Positions 41,789 through 51,014 of a stretch of 64,000 bases of DNA are shown here, one piece after another. Location of the stretch: contig CAZUES010000001.1 of the NCBI GenBank assembly GCA_964619465.1, positions 123,440 through 187,439 on the forward strand, given 5' to 3'. The DNA is from an uncultured Gemmatimonas sp. GTDB lineage: Bacteria; Gemmatimonadota; Gemmatimonadetes; Gemmatimonadales; GWC2-71-9. Position 1 is the first letter of the stretch. Each line of letters opens with the position of its first letter. The notes beneath the pieces are model-generated. The model worked only from the letters and a program-made list of their open reading frames with translations. It did no database searches and had not been told where the DNA came from. The position numbers and the translations under genes are program-made.

Positions 41789-41804
41789 GTTGCGTGAGTG
41801 CAAC
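41789..41804. promoter_or_regulatory. 16-bp palindrome-like site GTTGCG-tgag-TGCAAC (copy 2 of the recurring motif, one mismatch)
   Basis: Lies in the 212-bp gap upstream of the carbamoyltransferase gene, with the same 6-4-6 geometry as 23097 and 55185. Confidence 0.4.
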
Positions 41805-41895
41805 AATGATGGGCTCGAGGTGGTTATCTGAAGGCAGCTACGGAGGGCACCGAACTTGCTTTCCCACAGTTTGATTCCCGATACAGGACACTCGT

Positions 41896-43728
41896 TTGAG
41901 CAAGCCGATCAATATTCTGGGGCTTTCGGCCTTCTACCATGACAGCGCCGCATGCCTGGTCCGTGATGGGGAAATCATCGCGGCAGGGTCTGAAGAGCGT
42001 TTCACGCGAAAGAAGGGCGATGCGGCATTCCCGACGGAGGCGGTTGCCTTCTGCCTCCGGCAAGGAGGGATTGCTGTTGAAGATCTGGACTATGTCGGCT
42101 TCTACGACAAGCCCCTGATCAAGTTCGAACGTATCCTCGAGACCTATGTCGGGGTTGCGCCGAAGGGGTTCAAGTCGTTCCTGATGGCCGGGCCGCTCTG
42201 GATCAAGGAGAAGCTCTATCAGGACCGGATGATCCGCGACGGATTGGGCGGTTTCAAGGGCGAGTTGCTGTACTCTGAGCACCATGAATCCCATGCTGCG
42301 AGCGCCTTTTTCCCGTCACCGTTCGAAGAAGCTGCGATTCTGACCCTCGATGGCGTCGGTGAGTGGGCGACGACCACCATGGGCGTGGGACGTGGCAACG
42401 ACATCCAGCTGATCAGCGAGATGCAGTGGCCCGACTCGATCGGTCTGCTCTATTCTGCCTTTACCTACTACACCGGGTTCAAGGTCAACTCCGGCGAGTA
42501 CAAGGTGATGGGCCTGGCGCCGTATGGTCAGCCGAAGTACGTCGATCTGATCTATCGCGAGCTGATCGACCTCAAGGAAGACGGCTCGTTCACGCTCAAT
42601 CAGAAGTACTTCAACTACCTCTCCGGGTTGACCATGACGAATGGGGCGTTCGACGACCTCTTCGGTGGTCCCCCGCGGGTGGCGGAAAGCAACCTGACGC
42701 AGAAAGAAATGGATCTCGCGCGGTCGGTGCAGGCCGTCTGCGAGGAAGTCATGCTGCGCAACGCCCGTACGGTGCACCAGAAGACCGGTCTCGAGAATCT
42801 CTGCATGGCTGGCGGTGTTGCTCTGAATTGTGTCGGCAACGGGCGGATTCTCCGTGAGGGTCCCTTCAAACGGATCTTCATTCAGCCTGCGGCAGGCGAT
42901 GCCGGCGGCGCGCTCGGCGTGGCCCAGCTGATCTGGCATCGCTACTGCGGCAAGCCGCGCGCGGTGACGCCCGGGCGTGATACGATGAAGGGGTCGTATC
43001 TCGGGCCGGAGTTCTCACCCGAGGAAATTCAGAGCTACCTCGACAGCCACAAGATTCCGTATGAGCGACTGGACCGACCGACGCTCAACACCCGCGTTGC
43101 CCAGGCGCTTGCCGATGAGAAGATCATCGGATGGTTCGACGGGCGGATGGAGTTCGGTCCTCGTGCCCTCGGTTCCCGCAGCATCCTGGGCGACCCGCGC
43201 AGCCCGCGGATGCAGGCGGACATGAACATCAAGATCAAGTTCCGCGAGGGATTCCGCCCCTTCGCGCCAAGCGTCCTTCGGGAACGCGTCAACGATTATT
43301 TCGAACTCGATACCGACAGTCCGTACATGTTGCTGGTTGCTCCCGTCAAGAAGGAGCGCCAGATCCCCATGACGTCCGAGCAACAGCAGTTGTGGGGTAT
43401 CGATCAGCTCAATGTGCCGCGGTCGGACCTCCCGGCTATTACGCACATCGATTATTCGGCGCGGGTGCAAACGGTCGAACCCCACGTCAATCCGAACTAC
43501 TATGGTCTGATCAAGGAATTCGATCGCCTCACCGGGTGCGCGGTCCTGATCAACACGTCGTTCAACGTCCGCGGTGAACCGATCGTGTGCACGCCGGCCG
43601 ATGCCTATCGCTGCTTCATGCGGACGCACATCGACTATCTCGTGCTTGGACCATTCCTGCTCGACAAGACTCGGCAACCCGATTGGAAGGAAGGCGACGA
43701 TTGGAAACAAGAGTTCCAGCTCGACTGA
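41896..43728 (+). CDS. carbamoyltransferase (NodU/CmcH family)
   Basis: 'INILGLSAFYHDSAACLVRDGEIIAAGSEERFTRKK', 'HHESHAASAF', 'GGVALNCVGNG', C-terminal 'NTSFNVRGEPIVCTPADA'. TTG start at 41896. Confidence 0.9.
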   Translation: MSKPINILGLSAFYHDSAACLVRDGEIIAAGSEERFTRKKGDAAFPTEAVAFCLRQGGIAVEDLDYVGFYDKPLIKFERILETYVGVAPKGFKSFLMAGPLWIKEKLYQDRMIRDGLGGFKGELLYSEHHESHAASAFFPSPFEEAAILTLDGVGEWATTTMGVGRGNDIQLISEMQWPDSIGLLYSAFTYYTGFKVNSGEYKVMGLAPYGQPKYVDLIYRELIDLKEDGSFTLNQKYFNYLSGLTMTNGAFDDLFGGPPRVAESNLTQKEMDLARSVQAVCEEVMLRNARTVHQKTGLENLCMAGGVALNCVGNGRILREGPFKRIFIQPAAGDAGGALGVAQLIWHRYCGKPRAVTPGRDTMKGSYLGPEFSPEEIQSYLDSHKIPYERLDRPTLNTRVAQALADEKIIGWFDGRMEFGPRALGSRSILGDPRSPRMQADMNIKIKFREGFRPFAPSVLRERVNDYFELDTDSPYMLLVAPVKKERQIPMTSEQQQLWGIDQLNVPRSDLPAITHIDYSARVQTVEPHVNPNYYGLIKEFDRLTGCAVLINTSFNVRGEPIVCTPADAYRCFMRTHIDYLVLGPFLLDKTRQPDWKEGDDWKQEFQLD

Positions 43729-44108
43729 CCGCGGCCGAGGGCCGGAAGTTCGGCCTGACGGTTGGCGCGGCCTTCCTGCTCATCACGGCGTTTCTGTGGT
43801 GGCGCGGGTTCCGGGCGCCGTTGCCGTATCTCGGTGGCCTCGGAGGCGGGCTGGTGATCGCCGGAGCGCTGGTTCCGCAGCTTTTGGGACCGGTATACCG
43901 GGCGTGGATGGGTCTCGCGCTGCTCCTCTCGAAGGTGACAACGCCGATCTTCATGGGTGTCGTCTATTTCCTCGTGATCACACCGGTCGGTCTCGTCATG
44001 CGCCTTGTCGGGAAGAATCCCCTGGCGACACGGAGCCAGCAGCAATCCTATTGGACCGAACGTAGCTCGGAGCGGCCGGCGCCGAGCCAGATGAAGCGAC
44101 AATTCTGA
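43701..44108 (+). CDS. SxtJ-like small membrane protein
   Basis: 'GRKFGLTVGAAFLLITAFLWWRG' and 'ITPVGLVMRLVGKNPL', as I recall for the SxtJ family that follows carbamoyltransferases. Start uncertain (in-frame TTG at 43701 or 43683), overlapping the upstream gene's end. Confidence 0.55.
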   Translation: METRVPARLTAAEGRKFGLTVGAAFLLITAFLWWRGFRAPLPYLGGLGGGLVIAGALVPQLLGPVYRAWMGLALLLSKVTTPIFMGVVYFLVITPVGLVMRLVGKNPLATRSQQQSYWTERSSERPAPSQMKRQF

Positions 44109-44123
44109 CGCGGGGATAGCACT

Positions 44124-44276
44124 ATGGGCGGGTTGTTCGGAGAGTTGTGGGCCTTTATGAAGGCTCGAAAAAAATTCTGGCTGCTACCGATCGTGGTTGT
44201 GATGGTGCTGGTCGGTGCGCTGTTGGTGTTTGCGCAGGGCTCGGTCCTGGCGCCGTTCATCTACACCATCTTTTAG
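44124..44276 (+). CDS. 50-aa membrane protein (DUF5989-like), not in the ORF track
   Basis: ATG at 44124. 'MGGLFGELWAFMKARKKFWLLPIVVVMVLVGALLVFAQGSVLAPFIYTIF' is a single TM helix. This sequence type commonly follows carbamoyltransferase/SxtJ pairs (from memory). Confidence 0.6.
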   Translation: MGGLFGELWAFMKARKKFWLLPIVVVMVLVGALLVFAQGSVLAPFIYTIF

Positions 44277-44322
44277 TCGGCGTTGTCCGGCGTCCTATTG
44301 GGGCACTGGATCCGTCGTCGTT

Positions 44323-44375
44323 CCGCCCTGTGCCCCTCCGGCTCAGCCGGTCAGAGGCTCAGGGCGGAGCCGTTT
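44323..44375 (+). terminator. nested hairpin, possible terminator or attenuator
   Basis: CCGCCCTG...CAGGGCGG (8 bp) encloses CCGGC-tca-GCCGG and is followed by agccGTTTT. It lies between the 50-aa ORF and the MBOAT gene. Confidence 0.3.
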
Positions 44376-44452
44376 TGCACGGAATTTGCTTTGTTCGTCA
44401 TCCTCGTCGAGGTAGTTCAGGACAGCGGTTAGAGTGAGACACGGGACGTTGA

Positions 44453-45841
44453 ATGCTCTTCAATAGCGCTGTCTTCCTGTTTTTGTTCCTTCCGATCACC
44501 TACGGCGTTTTCTGGCTGTTGCGATCGGCCCAGCCGCGCTACGTCTGGCTGACCATCACCGGTTATGTGTTCTACGGCTACTGGGATGCGCGCTTTTGTC
44601 TCCTGATGGCCTTCTCGACCCTGGTGAGCTACTTCGCCGGCCTGGGGTTCCTACGGTGGTCGGATCCTCGCCGACGAAAGCTCTGCCTGATCGTGCCCAT
44701 CGTAGCCGATCTGATGCTGCTCGGCTACTTCAAGTACGCCAATTTCGGGCTCGATACGGCGCGTCAGATTGCCGAATGGCTAGGGTCGGACATCTCGCTG
44801 CCCCATCTCAATATCATTCTGCCGGTCGGCATCTCGTTCTATACCTTCCACACCATCACGTACATCGTCGACAGCTACCGCGGTGTCGTGAAGCCAACCC
44901 GGAATCTGTTCGAGTTCAGCGCCTACGTTTCGCTGTTCTCACAGCTCGTGGCCGGCCCGATCGTCCGTTTTCGGCAGGTCGAGAAGGATCTGGAAGCGAT
45001 CGGCACGGCGAAGCAGAGTCGCTGGCTGTATCAGGGGATCTCGCTCTTCATCGTCGGCCTGGTCGAGAAGGTGGTCATTGCCGACAGCCTTGCCGCATTC
45101 GTCGACCCCGCGCTCGCATCATACCAGACGCTCAGTACCGGAGGGGCATGGCTTGCCATGCTCGGCTACAGCTGCCAGCTGTACTTCGACTTCTCCGGAT
45201 ACAGCACGATGGCAGTCGGTCTCGGCTATATGTTCGGAATTCGGATCCCCCAGAACTTCAACTCGCCGTATAAAGCCCTCGATCCGTCGGATTTCTGGCG
45301 ACGGTGGCATATCTCCCTGTCGACCTGCATGCGGGACTACCTGTATATCTCGTTTGGCGGCAACCGCGGGACCGAGTGGCAAACCACGCGTAACCTGATG
45401 CTGACGATGCTGATCGGCGGTTTGTGGCACGGCGCGGCGTGGACCTTTGTCATCTGGGGTGCGTACCACGGCCTCCTGCTCATCGCCTATCGCAAAGTCG
45501 CGCCGTTCTGGGATTCGTTACATACCTGGGTACGGCGACCGGCGATGTGGTTCTTCGTGGTGCTCGGGTGGGTACCGTTCCGCTCGACCGATTTCTCGAT
45601 GATGGCTGACTTGCTGGGCAAGATGTTCGTTCCGACGGTCGGGACTTCCGTGCCGGCTCTGCCGCTTGCCCTGACGGCGCTTGGCATAGCGGCGGCCTGG
45701 GCAACCCTGGGTCCCAATCCTCTCGAGATGAAGCATGAGCCGAAGTTCCGCAACAACTTTGCCCTTGCAACGGCGTTCGGTGTCTGCTTTGCCATCATCA
45801 TGGGGCTCAGGCATTCTCCCTTTCTGTACTTCCAGTTCTGA
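44453..45841 (+). CDS. MBOAT-family membrane O-acyltransferase (AlgI/DltB-like)
   Basis: 'MLFNSAVFLFLFLP', 'FDFSGYSTMAVGL', 'FWRRWHISLSTCMRDYLYI', 'GLWHGA' (catalytic His region). 462 aa, polytopic. Confidence 0.92.
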   Translation: MLFNSAVFLFLFLPITYGVFWLLRSAQPRYVWLTITGYVFYGYWDARFCLLMAFSTLVSYFAGLGFLRWSDPRRRKLCLIVPIVADLMLLGYFKYANFGLDTARQIAEWLGSDISLPHLNIILPVGISFYTFHTITYIVDSYRGVVKPTRNLFEFSAYVSLFSQLVAGPIVRFRQVEKDLEAIGTAKQSRWLYQGISLFIVGLVEKVVIADSLAAFVDPALASYQTLSTGGAWLAMLGYSCQLYFDFSGYSTMAVGLGYMFGIRIPQNFNSPYKALDPSDFWRRWHISLSTCMRDYLYISFGGNRGTEWQTTRNLMLTMLIGGLWHGAAWTFVIWGAYHGLLLIAYRKVAPFWDSLHTWVRRPAMWFFVVLGWVPFRSTDFSMMADLLGKMFVPTVGTSVPALPLALTALGIAAAWATLGPNPLEMKHEPKFRNNFALATAFGVCFAIIMGLRHSPFLYFQF

Positions 45842-45887
45842 TGCCTGAAGTGACGCTCGGATCTGGTGGCCGATCGGCTGCAAGGAG

Positions 45888-47030
45888 GTGCCGGTGAGCA
45901 GTCGTTGGCGCGGCATCACGTTCGGGATGGTGCTCCGGGCAATCGTGATCCTTGTCGCATTCGTACTCGTCGGTGAGTTGACCGCCCGCGTGGACGACGC
46001 CCTGTACTGGGAAACCCGGCTGGGCAGCCCTCACTCCCAGCAGCGCCTGACGATGTCGGACTCGCTTGGTACGCGTGGTCGGCCGGATTACCGTTATGAA
46101 AAATGGCGGATGAACAACCAGGGCTTTCGCGGCGAGGATATCCGCCTCGTTCCCGAAGCCGGGGTTACCCGAGTCGCGGTGCTCGGCGCCTCCGAGACGT
46201 TTGGTTTGCAGGAGTCGGAAGGGGCCGAATACCCGAGTCGGATGCAGGGCATCCTGGATTCGCTGGCTTCGGGTCGCTTCGAGGTCGTCAATACGGCATT
46301 GCCGGGTATGACGATGCTGACCATGGTCCCGTACTACGAGCGCGTCGTGACACGGATCGCGCCGGATGTCGTCGTGATCTATCCCTCACCATCGTTCTAC
46401 CTGGCGACGGTACCGCTCCCCGAGGCCCTGCCGCCGCGTGGCGCGGTGCCGCCGCCCCCACGGGTTCTCGGACTCGATCCGACCTTACTCGATTCCCGTC
46501 TCTTCGATCGGGTCAAGAACTCGCTCAAGAGTCTGATTCCGGTTTCGGCGATCACCGGCTATCGCGAGTGGAAGCTTGGACGATTGCGCAGCGCAGCCGG
46601 AGCAGACTGGGTCTGGGAGTCAACGCCTCCCGACCGGATGGCACTCTTCGAACGCCATCTCGATCGCCTGGTTGCTGCGGTGACTGCCAGCGGAGCCAGC
46701 GTGATGCTGGTGACTCACACCAATCGTTTCATCTGCGCCGAGGAGGCCTCAGGCTCGGATCGGCGGCACCTGATCAACCTGATGGCGACGTCTTATCCTC
46801 GGGCGTCCGAACGGGTCATGGCGACTATCGACCTGGATGCCAATCAGGTAATCCGTCGAGTGGCAGAGCGGTACGGGACTACGCTGATCGAAGCCGAAGG
46901 CAGGATCCCATCCAGCGGCGACTACTTCGTCGACTACTCACATTTCACCGATCTCGGCGCGGATCTGATGGCGCGCATCGTCGCGCAGGGCGTCCTGGAT
47001 GGAACGGCGAGGGACGCCGGTGTCCGGTAG
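45888..47030 (+). CDS. membrane-anchored SGNH/GDSL-like hydrolase/acyltransferase (AlgJ/AlgX-type partner of MBOAT), paralogue 1
   Basis: N-terminal TM, 'NNQGFRGEDI', then 'TRVAVLGASETFG' block I. Confidence 0.65.
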   Translation: MPVSSRWRGITFGMVLRAIVILVAFVLVGELTARVDDALYWETRLGSPHSQQRLTMSDSLGTRGRPDYRYEKWRMNNQGFRGEDIRLVPEAGVTRVAVLGASETFGLQESEGAEYPSRMQGILDSLASGRFEVVNTALPGMTMLTMVPYYERVVTRIAPDVVVIYPSPSFYLATVPLPEALPPRGAVPPPPRVLGLDPTLLDSRLFDRVKNSLKSLIPVSAITGYREWKLGRLRSAAGADWVWESTPPDRMALFERHLDRLVAAVTASGASVMLVTHTNRFICAEEASGSDRRHLINLMATSYPRASERVMATIDLDANQVIRRVAERYGTTLIEAEGRIPSSGDYFVDYSHFTDLGADLMARIVAQGVLDGTARDAGVR

Positions 47031-48192
47031 CGCAGCCGGTCGGTCGCGCCTCGAGATCATTCCGGCCGAGGATCGGCACGCTCCGGAGCTCACCACTTTC
47101 CTTCAGGCAACCTGGAGCCCTGAGGCAACGGTGGACTCGGTGACGCGTTCTCGAGCCGTTGCTGCCGCGCGGAATGTTGCTGATCCGGGGCTTCCCCCTC
47201 CCACCTGGATTGCCGTTCAGGCCGGTCGGGTTCTGGGGTTTGTAACCACGATTCCGATCCGCGTCTGGGATGGCGCAGCCGACTGGCCCGCATACTGGGT
47301 CAAAGGGCTGATGGTGCTGCCGGAGTTTCGAAACGGGCCGGTCGGGTATGCCGTGCTCAAAGCAGCGGTCGCTGCCTTGCCACGGAGCGGAGGTCTCGCC
47401 GTTGCGGCTCCTGCGCGCCGCCTGTTCACGGCCCTGGGTTATACCGATCTGGGCGCGGTTGCCAACTGGATTCGACCGTTGGCACCCCATCGGATCATGG
47501 AGAGCCTCGATCCGGCGGCGCTGGGGATTGCCAGCCTGCCCTCATGGGTCGATCCGGCACTCAGGGTGGCCCGGGCGACCAGGCTGGCCACGGTCGGCGG
47601 GTGGGCTGGGGGTGTTGCCCTGCGGGCGGCTGCCGGGGCGATGCGGTTGGCCAGCGTCGGCCTGGTGGCGGAACCGGCCGATCCAGAGGAAATCGCTCCA
47701 GAAATCGACCGGCTCTGGGAATCGGTTCGACCGGGATTGCCGCGCAGCGTCGTCCGCAACTCGGCCTACCTTTTGCCACGTTACCCGGCGGGAAACATGC
47801 TGTACCGGTGGCTCGCTGCGCGCGATGGTACCGGGCTGTTGCGAGGTATCGCTATCGTCCGTCAGCCGCGGGTCGGCGGGGACGGCCGGTTGCGCGGCAT
47901 CCGGGTCGCCACCTTGTCGGATCTGCTGTTTAGGGTCGACGACCGGGCGGCCGGACTGGCTTTGCTCGGAGCCGCCGAGCGCGCGGCGCGAGACCTCGGC
48001 GGGGACGCGATTCTCGCCAGTACCTCCTCGCCGGCCGTAACACGATTGCTCCGACGCCAGTGGTATCTTCCGCTTTCGGGGAACGTACACCTGCTGGTGC
48101 GGGACGTAACGAAGGACAGTGCGCTCGTCGAGACTCCGTTGTCGGACTGGTGGCTGATGCGTGGCGACGGCGGTTCGGACGAAGTTTTCTAG
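46999..48192 (+). CDS. two-domain GNAT-like acyl-CoA/ACP N-acyltransferase
   Basis: 'RVLGFVTTIPIRV...WVKGLMVLPEFRNGPVGYAVLKAAV' is GNAT motif-A-like. Start at the ATG at 46999 or the GTG at 47020; both overlap the upstream gene's end. Confidence 0.55.
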   Translation: MERRGTPVSGSAAGRSRLEIIPAEDRHAPELTTFLQATWSPEATVDSVTRSRAVAAARNVADPGLPPPTWIAVQAGRVLGFVTTIPIRVWDGAADWPAYWVKGLMVLPEFRNGPVGYAVLKAAVAALPRSGGLAVAAPARRLFTALGYTDLGAVANWIRPLAPHRIMESLDPAALGIASLPSWVDPALRVARATRLATVGGWAGGVALRAAAGAMRLASVGLVAEPADPEEIAPEIDRLWESVRPGLPRSVVRNSAYLLPRYPAGNMLYRWLAARDGTGLLRGIAIVRQPRVGGDGRLRGIRVATLSDLLFRVDDRAAGLALLGAAERAARDLGGDAILASTSSPAVTRLLRRQWYLPLSGNVHLLVRDVTKDSALVETPLSDWWLMRGDGGSDEVF

Positions 48193-48200
48193 GAGGTGAC

Positions 48201-48440
48201 GTGCAGGAGCATGTGAAGGATAAGCTCGAAGAGGTGTTCCGCGCTGTGCTCAGCTTGCCTGACGGCGCCGATCTCACGACGGTTGCGCAGGACAGTGAGC
48301 CCGCCTGGGATTCGCTGGCGCATGCGCTACTGGTCGCGGCAATCGAGAGCGAGTTCTCGATTCAGATCGACGTGGCCGACTCGCTGGCGCTGACCTCATT
48401 CGAGGCGGTGGCGCAGTACCTCGAAGCGCAGGGTGTGTAA
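48201..48440 (+). CDS. acyl carrier protein
   Basis: 79 aa. AGGAGG lies 4 nt before the GTG at 48201. 'PAWDSLAHALLVAAIE' contains the DSL phosphopantetheine-attachment Ser motif. The ORF-track start at 48060 lies inside the upstream gene. Confidence 0.8.
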   Translation: MQEHVKDKLEEVFRAVLSLPDGADLTTVAQDSEPAWDSLAHALLVAAIESEFSIQIDVADSLALTSFEAVAQYLEAQGV

Positions 48441-48450
48441 GGACCGATCG

Positions 48451-50079
48451 ATGAATTTTCTCGAGGCGCGTCGGATCGTAGCCGCGTTTTCCGGCGGTCC
48501 GGAGCTCAAGTTTCTGTTTGGGGCGTCGGGCACTCCCGACCCGTTCAAGTTGTACCTCGAGGCCGTTGGTGCCCGGCACGGCGTCGCGGCGCAACCTCGT
48601 TTCCTGCCATTCAACACGCTGCAGCAGCATCTGGCATCGACCCGACCCGAGGGTGCCGAGGCATACCTCCTGTTACCCTGGGATCTGGTGCCGGAACTCG
48701 ACTGGCGGAGCGGGGTGCCTGCGGATCGAGCCGTAGTGTCCGACCTGCTCGACCGCGGTCGCCGCGTTGCCGAGCGATTGCGTGGGCGGTCTGCCTTCGT
48801 TGCCTACCTGCCGGCGCCGGTTCCTCCGACGACCGGTACGGAAGCCGACAACCGCGCGCTCGAGCACGGGCTGGCGGCAGTCGCGGCCGAAACCGGAGCG
48901 ACCCTGCTTCCGGCCGAGGCATTCAGCATGGGCAGCTACTTCGGGTCGGGCTGTCCGGTTGGAGGCAACTGGCTCGGCAAGGTTGCGGAGGCAATCGTTG
49001 CCGGGCTGCTTACGCCGAAGCGTGCGTCTGCCAAGGTACTGATTACCGATCTGGACAATACGCTGTGGTCCGGGGTCATCGCCGAAGACGGCCCCGAGGG
49101 CATCAAGTATGGTCCCGAGGGTGTCGGCTATCGGCATTACGTCTATCAGACGCTGCTGGGCCGGATCCAGCGTGAGGGGGCCCTGCTTGCTGCGGTAACC
49201 CGGAACGACGACACCGTCGTGCTGCCTCCCTTCCGGGCGGGACAGATGGCGCTTGCGGAAGCGGACTTCGTCGCCATCTGCGCAAGTTATCACGCCAAGT
49301 CGGCCCAGATCCGGCAGCTGGCGAGCCAGCTCAACCTCGGGCTCGACTCATTCGTGTTTGTCGACGACAACCCGATCGAGCGTGCCGAAGTCGAAGCATC
49401 GCTGCCCGAGGTTCGGGTGCTTGCCTTTCCGTCTCGCGATGACGAGCTGCCCGCCTTGCTCGAATCCATCGCCGGGTTCTTCGAACGACGCGACCTCACG
49501 GCCGAGGATCGTGAGCGCACGGCGATGTACCGTCGTCGGCTCGAGGGGATGGTGCCAGTCGAGGCTGAGGGTGCCGACCTGACGCGATTCCTGGCGGACC
49601 TCGAGATGCGACTCGTCATCCACGACCGGACGGCGGGCGATCGCACTCGGGCCGTCCAACTGATCAATAAGACCAATCAGTTCAACGCCAACGGGCGGCG
49701 GTGGACCGATGATGAGGTCGGCGAGGTAATCGACCGAGGGGGGCGGCTCTTCGGAGCGTCCCTTTCCGATCGAACCGGCAGCCACGGCGAGATTCTGTCC
49801 TGCCTGGTGGGCACCGACGGTGTGATCGAGGCGTTCGTCATGTCGTGTCGGGTCTTTCAGCGGCGGGTCGAGTTCGCGTTTCTCGGCGCTCTGGCTGATC
49901 GTGGCGTCCGACCGAATGCAGTTCGCTTTGCCGAGACCGAGCGCAACGAGCCGTTCCGCCAGTTCATTCGCGATGCAGCGTTCGGGCAGCTGGCAGATGC
50001 TGTCCTGCCGTTCGATATGACGGGGTTTGCCGCCCGGCATGCCGATGCGGCCGCACTCTGTGAGGTCTCGTGGGGCTGA
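48451..50079 (+). CDS. FkbH-like HAD-IIIC phosphatase/acyl-ACP-loading enzyme
   Basis: 'KVLITDLDNTLWSGVIAEDG' (DxDxT HAD motif I), 'FVFVDDNPIERAEV', 'NKTNQFN' (FkbH signature as I recall). ATG at 48451 is preceded by AAGGA. Confidence 0.8.
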   Translation: MNFLEARRIVAAFSGGPELKFLFGASGTPDPFKLYLEAVGARHGVAAQPRFLPFNTLQQHLASTRPEGAEAYLLLPWDLVPELDWRSGVPADRAVVSDLLDRGRRVAERLRGRSAFVAYLPAPVPPTTGTEADNRALEHGLAAVAAETGATLLPAEAFSMGSYFGSGCPVGGNWLGKVAEAIVAGLLTPKRASAKVLITDLDNTLWSGVIAEDGPEGIKYGPEGVGYRHYVYQTLLGRIQREGALLAAVTRNDDTVVLPPFRAGQMALAEADFVAICASYHAKSAQIRQLASQLNLGLDSFVFVDDNPIERAEVEASLPEVRVLAFPSRDDELPALLESIAGFFERRDLTAEDRERTAMYRRRLEGMVPVEAEGADLTRFLADLEMRLVIHDRTAGDRTRAVQLINKTNQFNANGRRWTDDEVGEVIDRGGRLFGASLSDRTGSHGEILSCLVGTDGVIEAFVMSCRVFQRRVEFAFLGALADRGVRPNAVRFAETERNEPFRQFIRDAAFGQLADAVLPFDMTGFAARHADAAALCEVSWG

Positions 50080-51014
50080 CCTTTCCCGACGGCCGCCGGT
50101 TCGCGTTCACGATCATGGACGACACCGACGTTGCCACGGTGGCGAATGTGGCTCCCATCTATCGCTTGCTCGACGAACTCGGTTTGCGGACGACGAAAAC
50201 GGTTTGGCCGGTCGATTGTCCGGAAGGCAGTCCTGACTTCGCGACGTCCGAAACACTCGAGGATGAGGCCTATCTCGAACTGGTTCGCGACCTCGAACGT
50301 CGTGGCTTCGAGATCGCCTACCACGGCGCAACGATGGAAAGCTCGACCAGGGACCGGACCGAGCGGGCGCTGGCACGCTATCGGGAACTCTTCGGCGGTC
50401 CGCCGCGGGTCTATGCCAACCACTCGTACAACCGCGAAAATCTCTACTGGGGGCTCGACCGGTTCGACGATCCCTTGCTCCGCACCGTACTCAAACGGGT
50501 TCAGGAGCGGGCCCCGGACTATTACCAGGGGCACATCGAGGGATCTCCCTGGTGGTGGGGCGATTTCGCCGGTGAGATCACCTACATCCGGAATCTGACC
50601 TACGCCGAGATCAATCTGCACCGGATCAATCCTTCGATGCCGTATCGGGATCCGCGCCGCCCGCTGATCCCCTGGTGGTTTTCAGCCTCGGACGCCGAGA
50701 GCGTGCGTGAATTCAATCAGCTGATATCGCCCGCTGCGCAAGATCGATTGGAGGCCGAGGGCGGATTTTGTATTGTCGCGACTCATCTTGGCAAAGGGTT
50801 CGTCGCCGATGGCAAGGTCGATCCGGAGACGGAGCGTCTCTTGCGCCGCCTCGCCGCCAAGCCGGGATGGTTCGTTCCGGTCGGGACCCTGCTCGACTGG
50901 CTCAGGGCGCGCCGCACTGATGCGGAGCTGCCGTCTGGCGAGTGGCGGCGGATGCAGTGGCGCTGGACGTGGGATCTGGTTGTCCGGAATCTGCGTCGAG
51001 GACGGCTTTGGTGA
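50070..51014 (+). CDS. hypothetical protein, possibly a divergent polysaccharide-deacetylase-fold enzyme
   Basis: 'RFAFTIMDDTDVAT...LGLRTTKTVWP...EIAYHGATMES' is loosely CE4-like. GTG start overlaps the FkbH stop. Confidence 0.45.
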   Translation: MGLTFPDGRRFAFTIMDDTDVATVANVAPIYRLLDELGLRTTKTVWPVDCPEGSPDFATSETLEDEAYLELVRDLERRGFEIAYHGATMESSTRDRTERALARYRELFGGPPRVYANHSYNRENLYWGLDRFDDPLLRTVLKRVQERAPDYYQGHIEGSPWWWGDFAGEITYIRNLTYAEINLHRINPSMPYRDPRRPLIPWWFSASDAESVREFNQLISPAAQDRLEAEGGFCIVATHLGKGFVADGKVDPETERLLRRLAAKPGWFVPVGTLLDWLRARRTDAELPSGEWRRMQWRWTWDLVVRNLRRGRLW

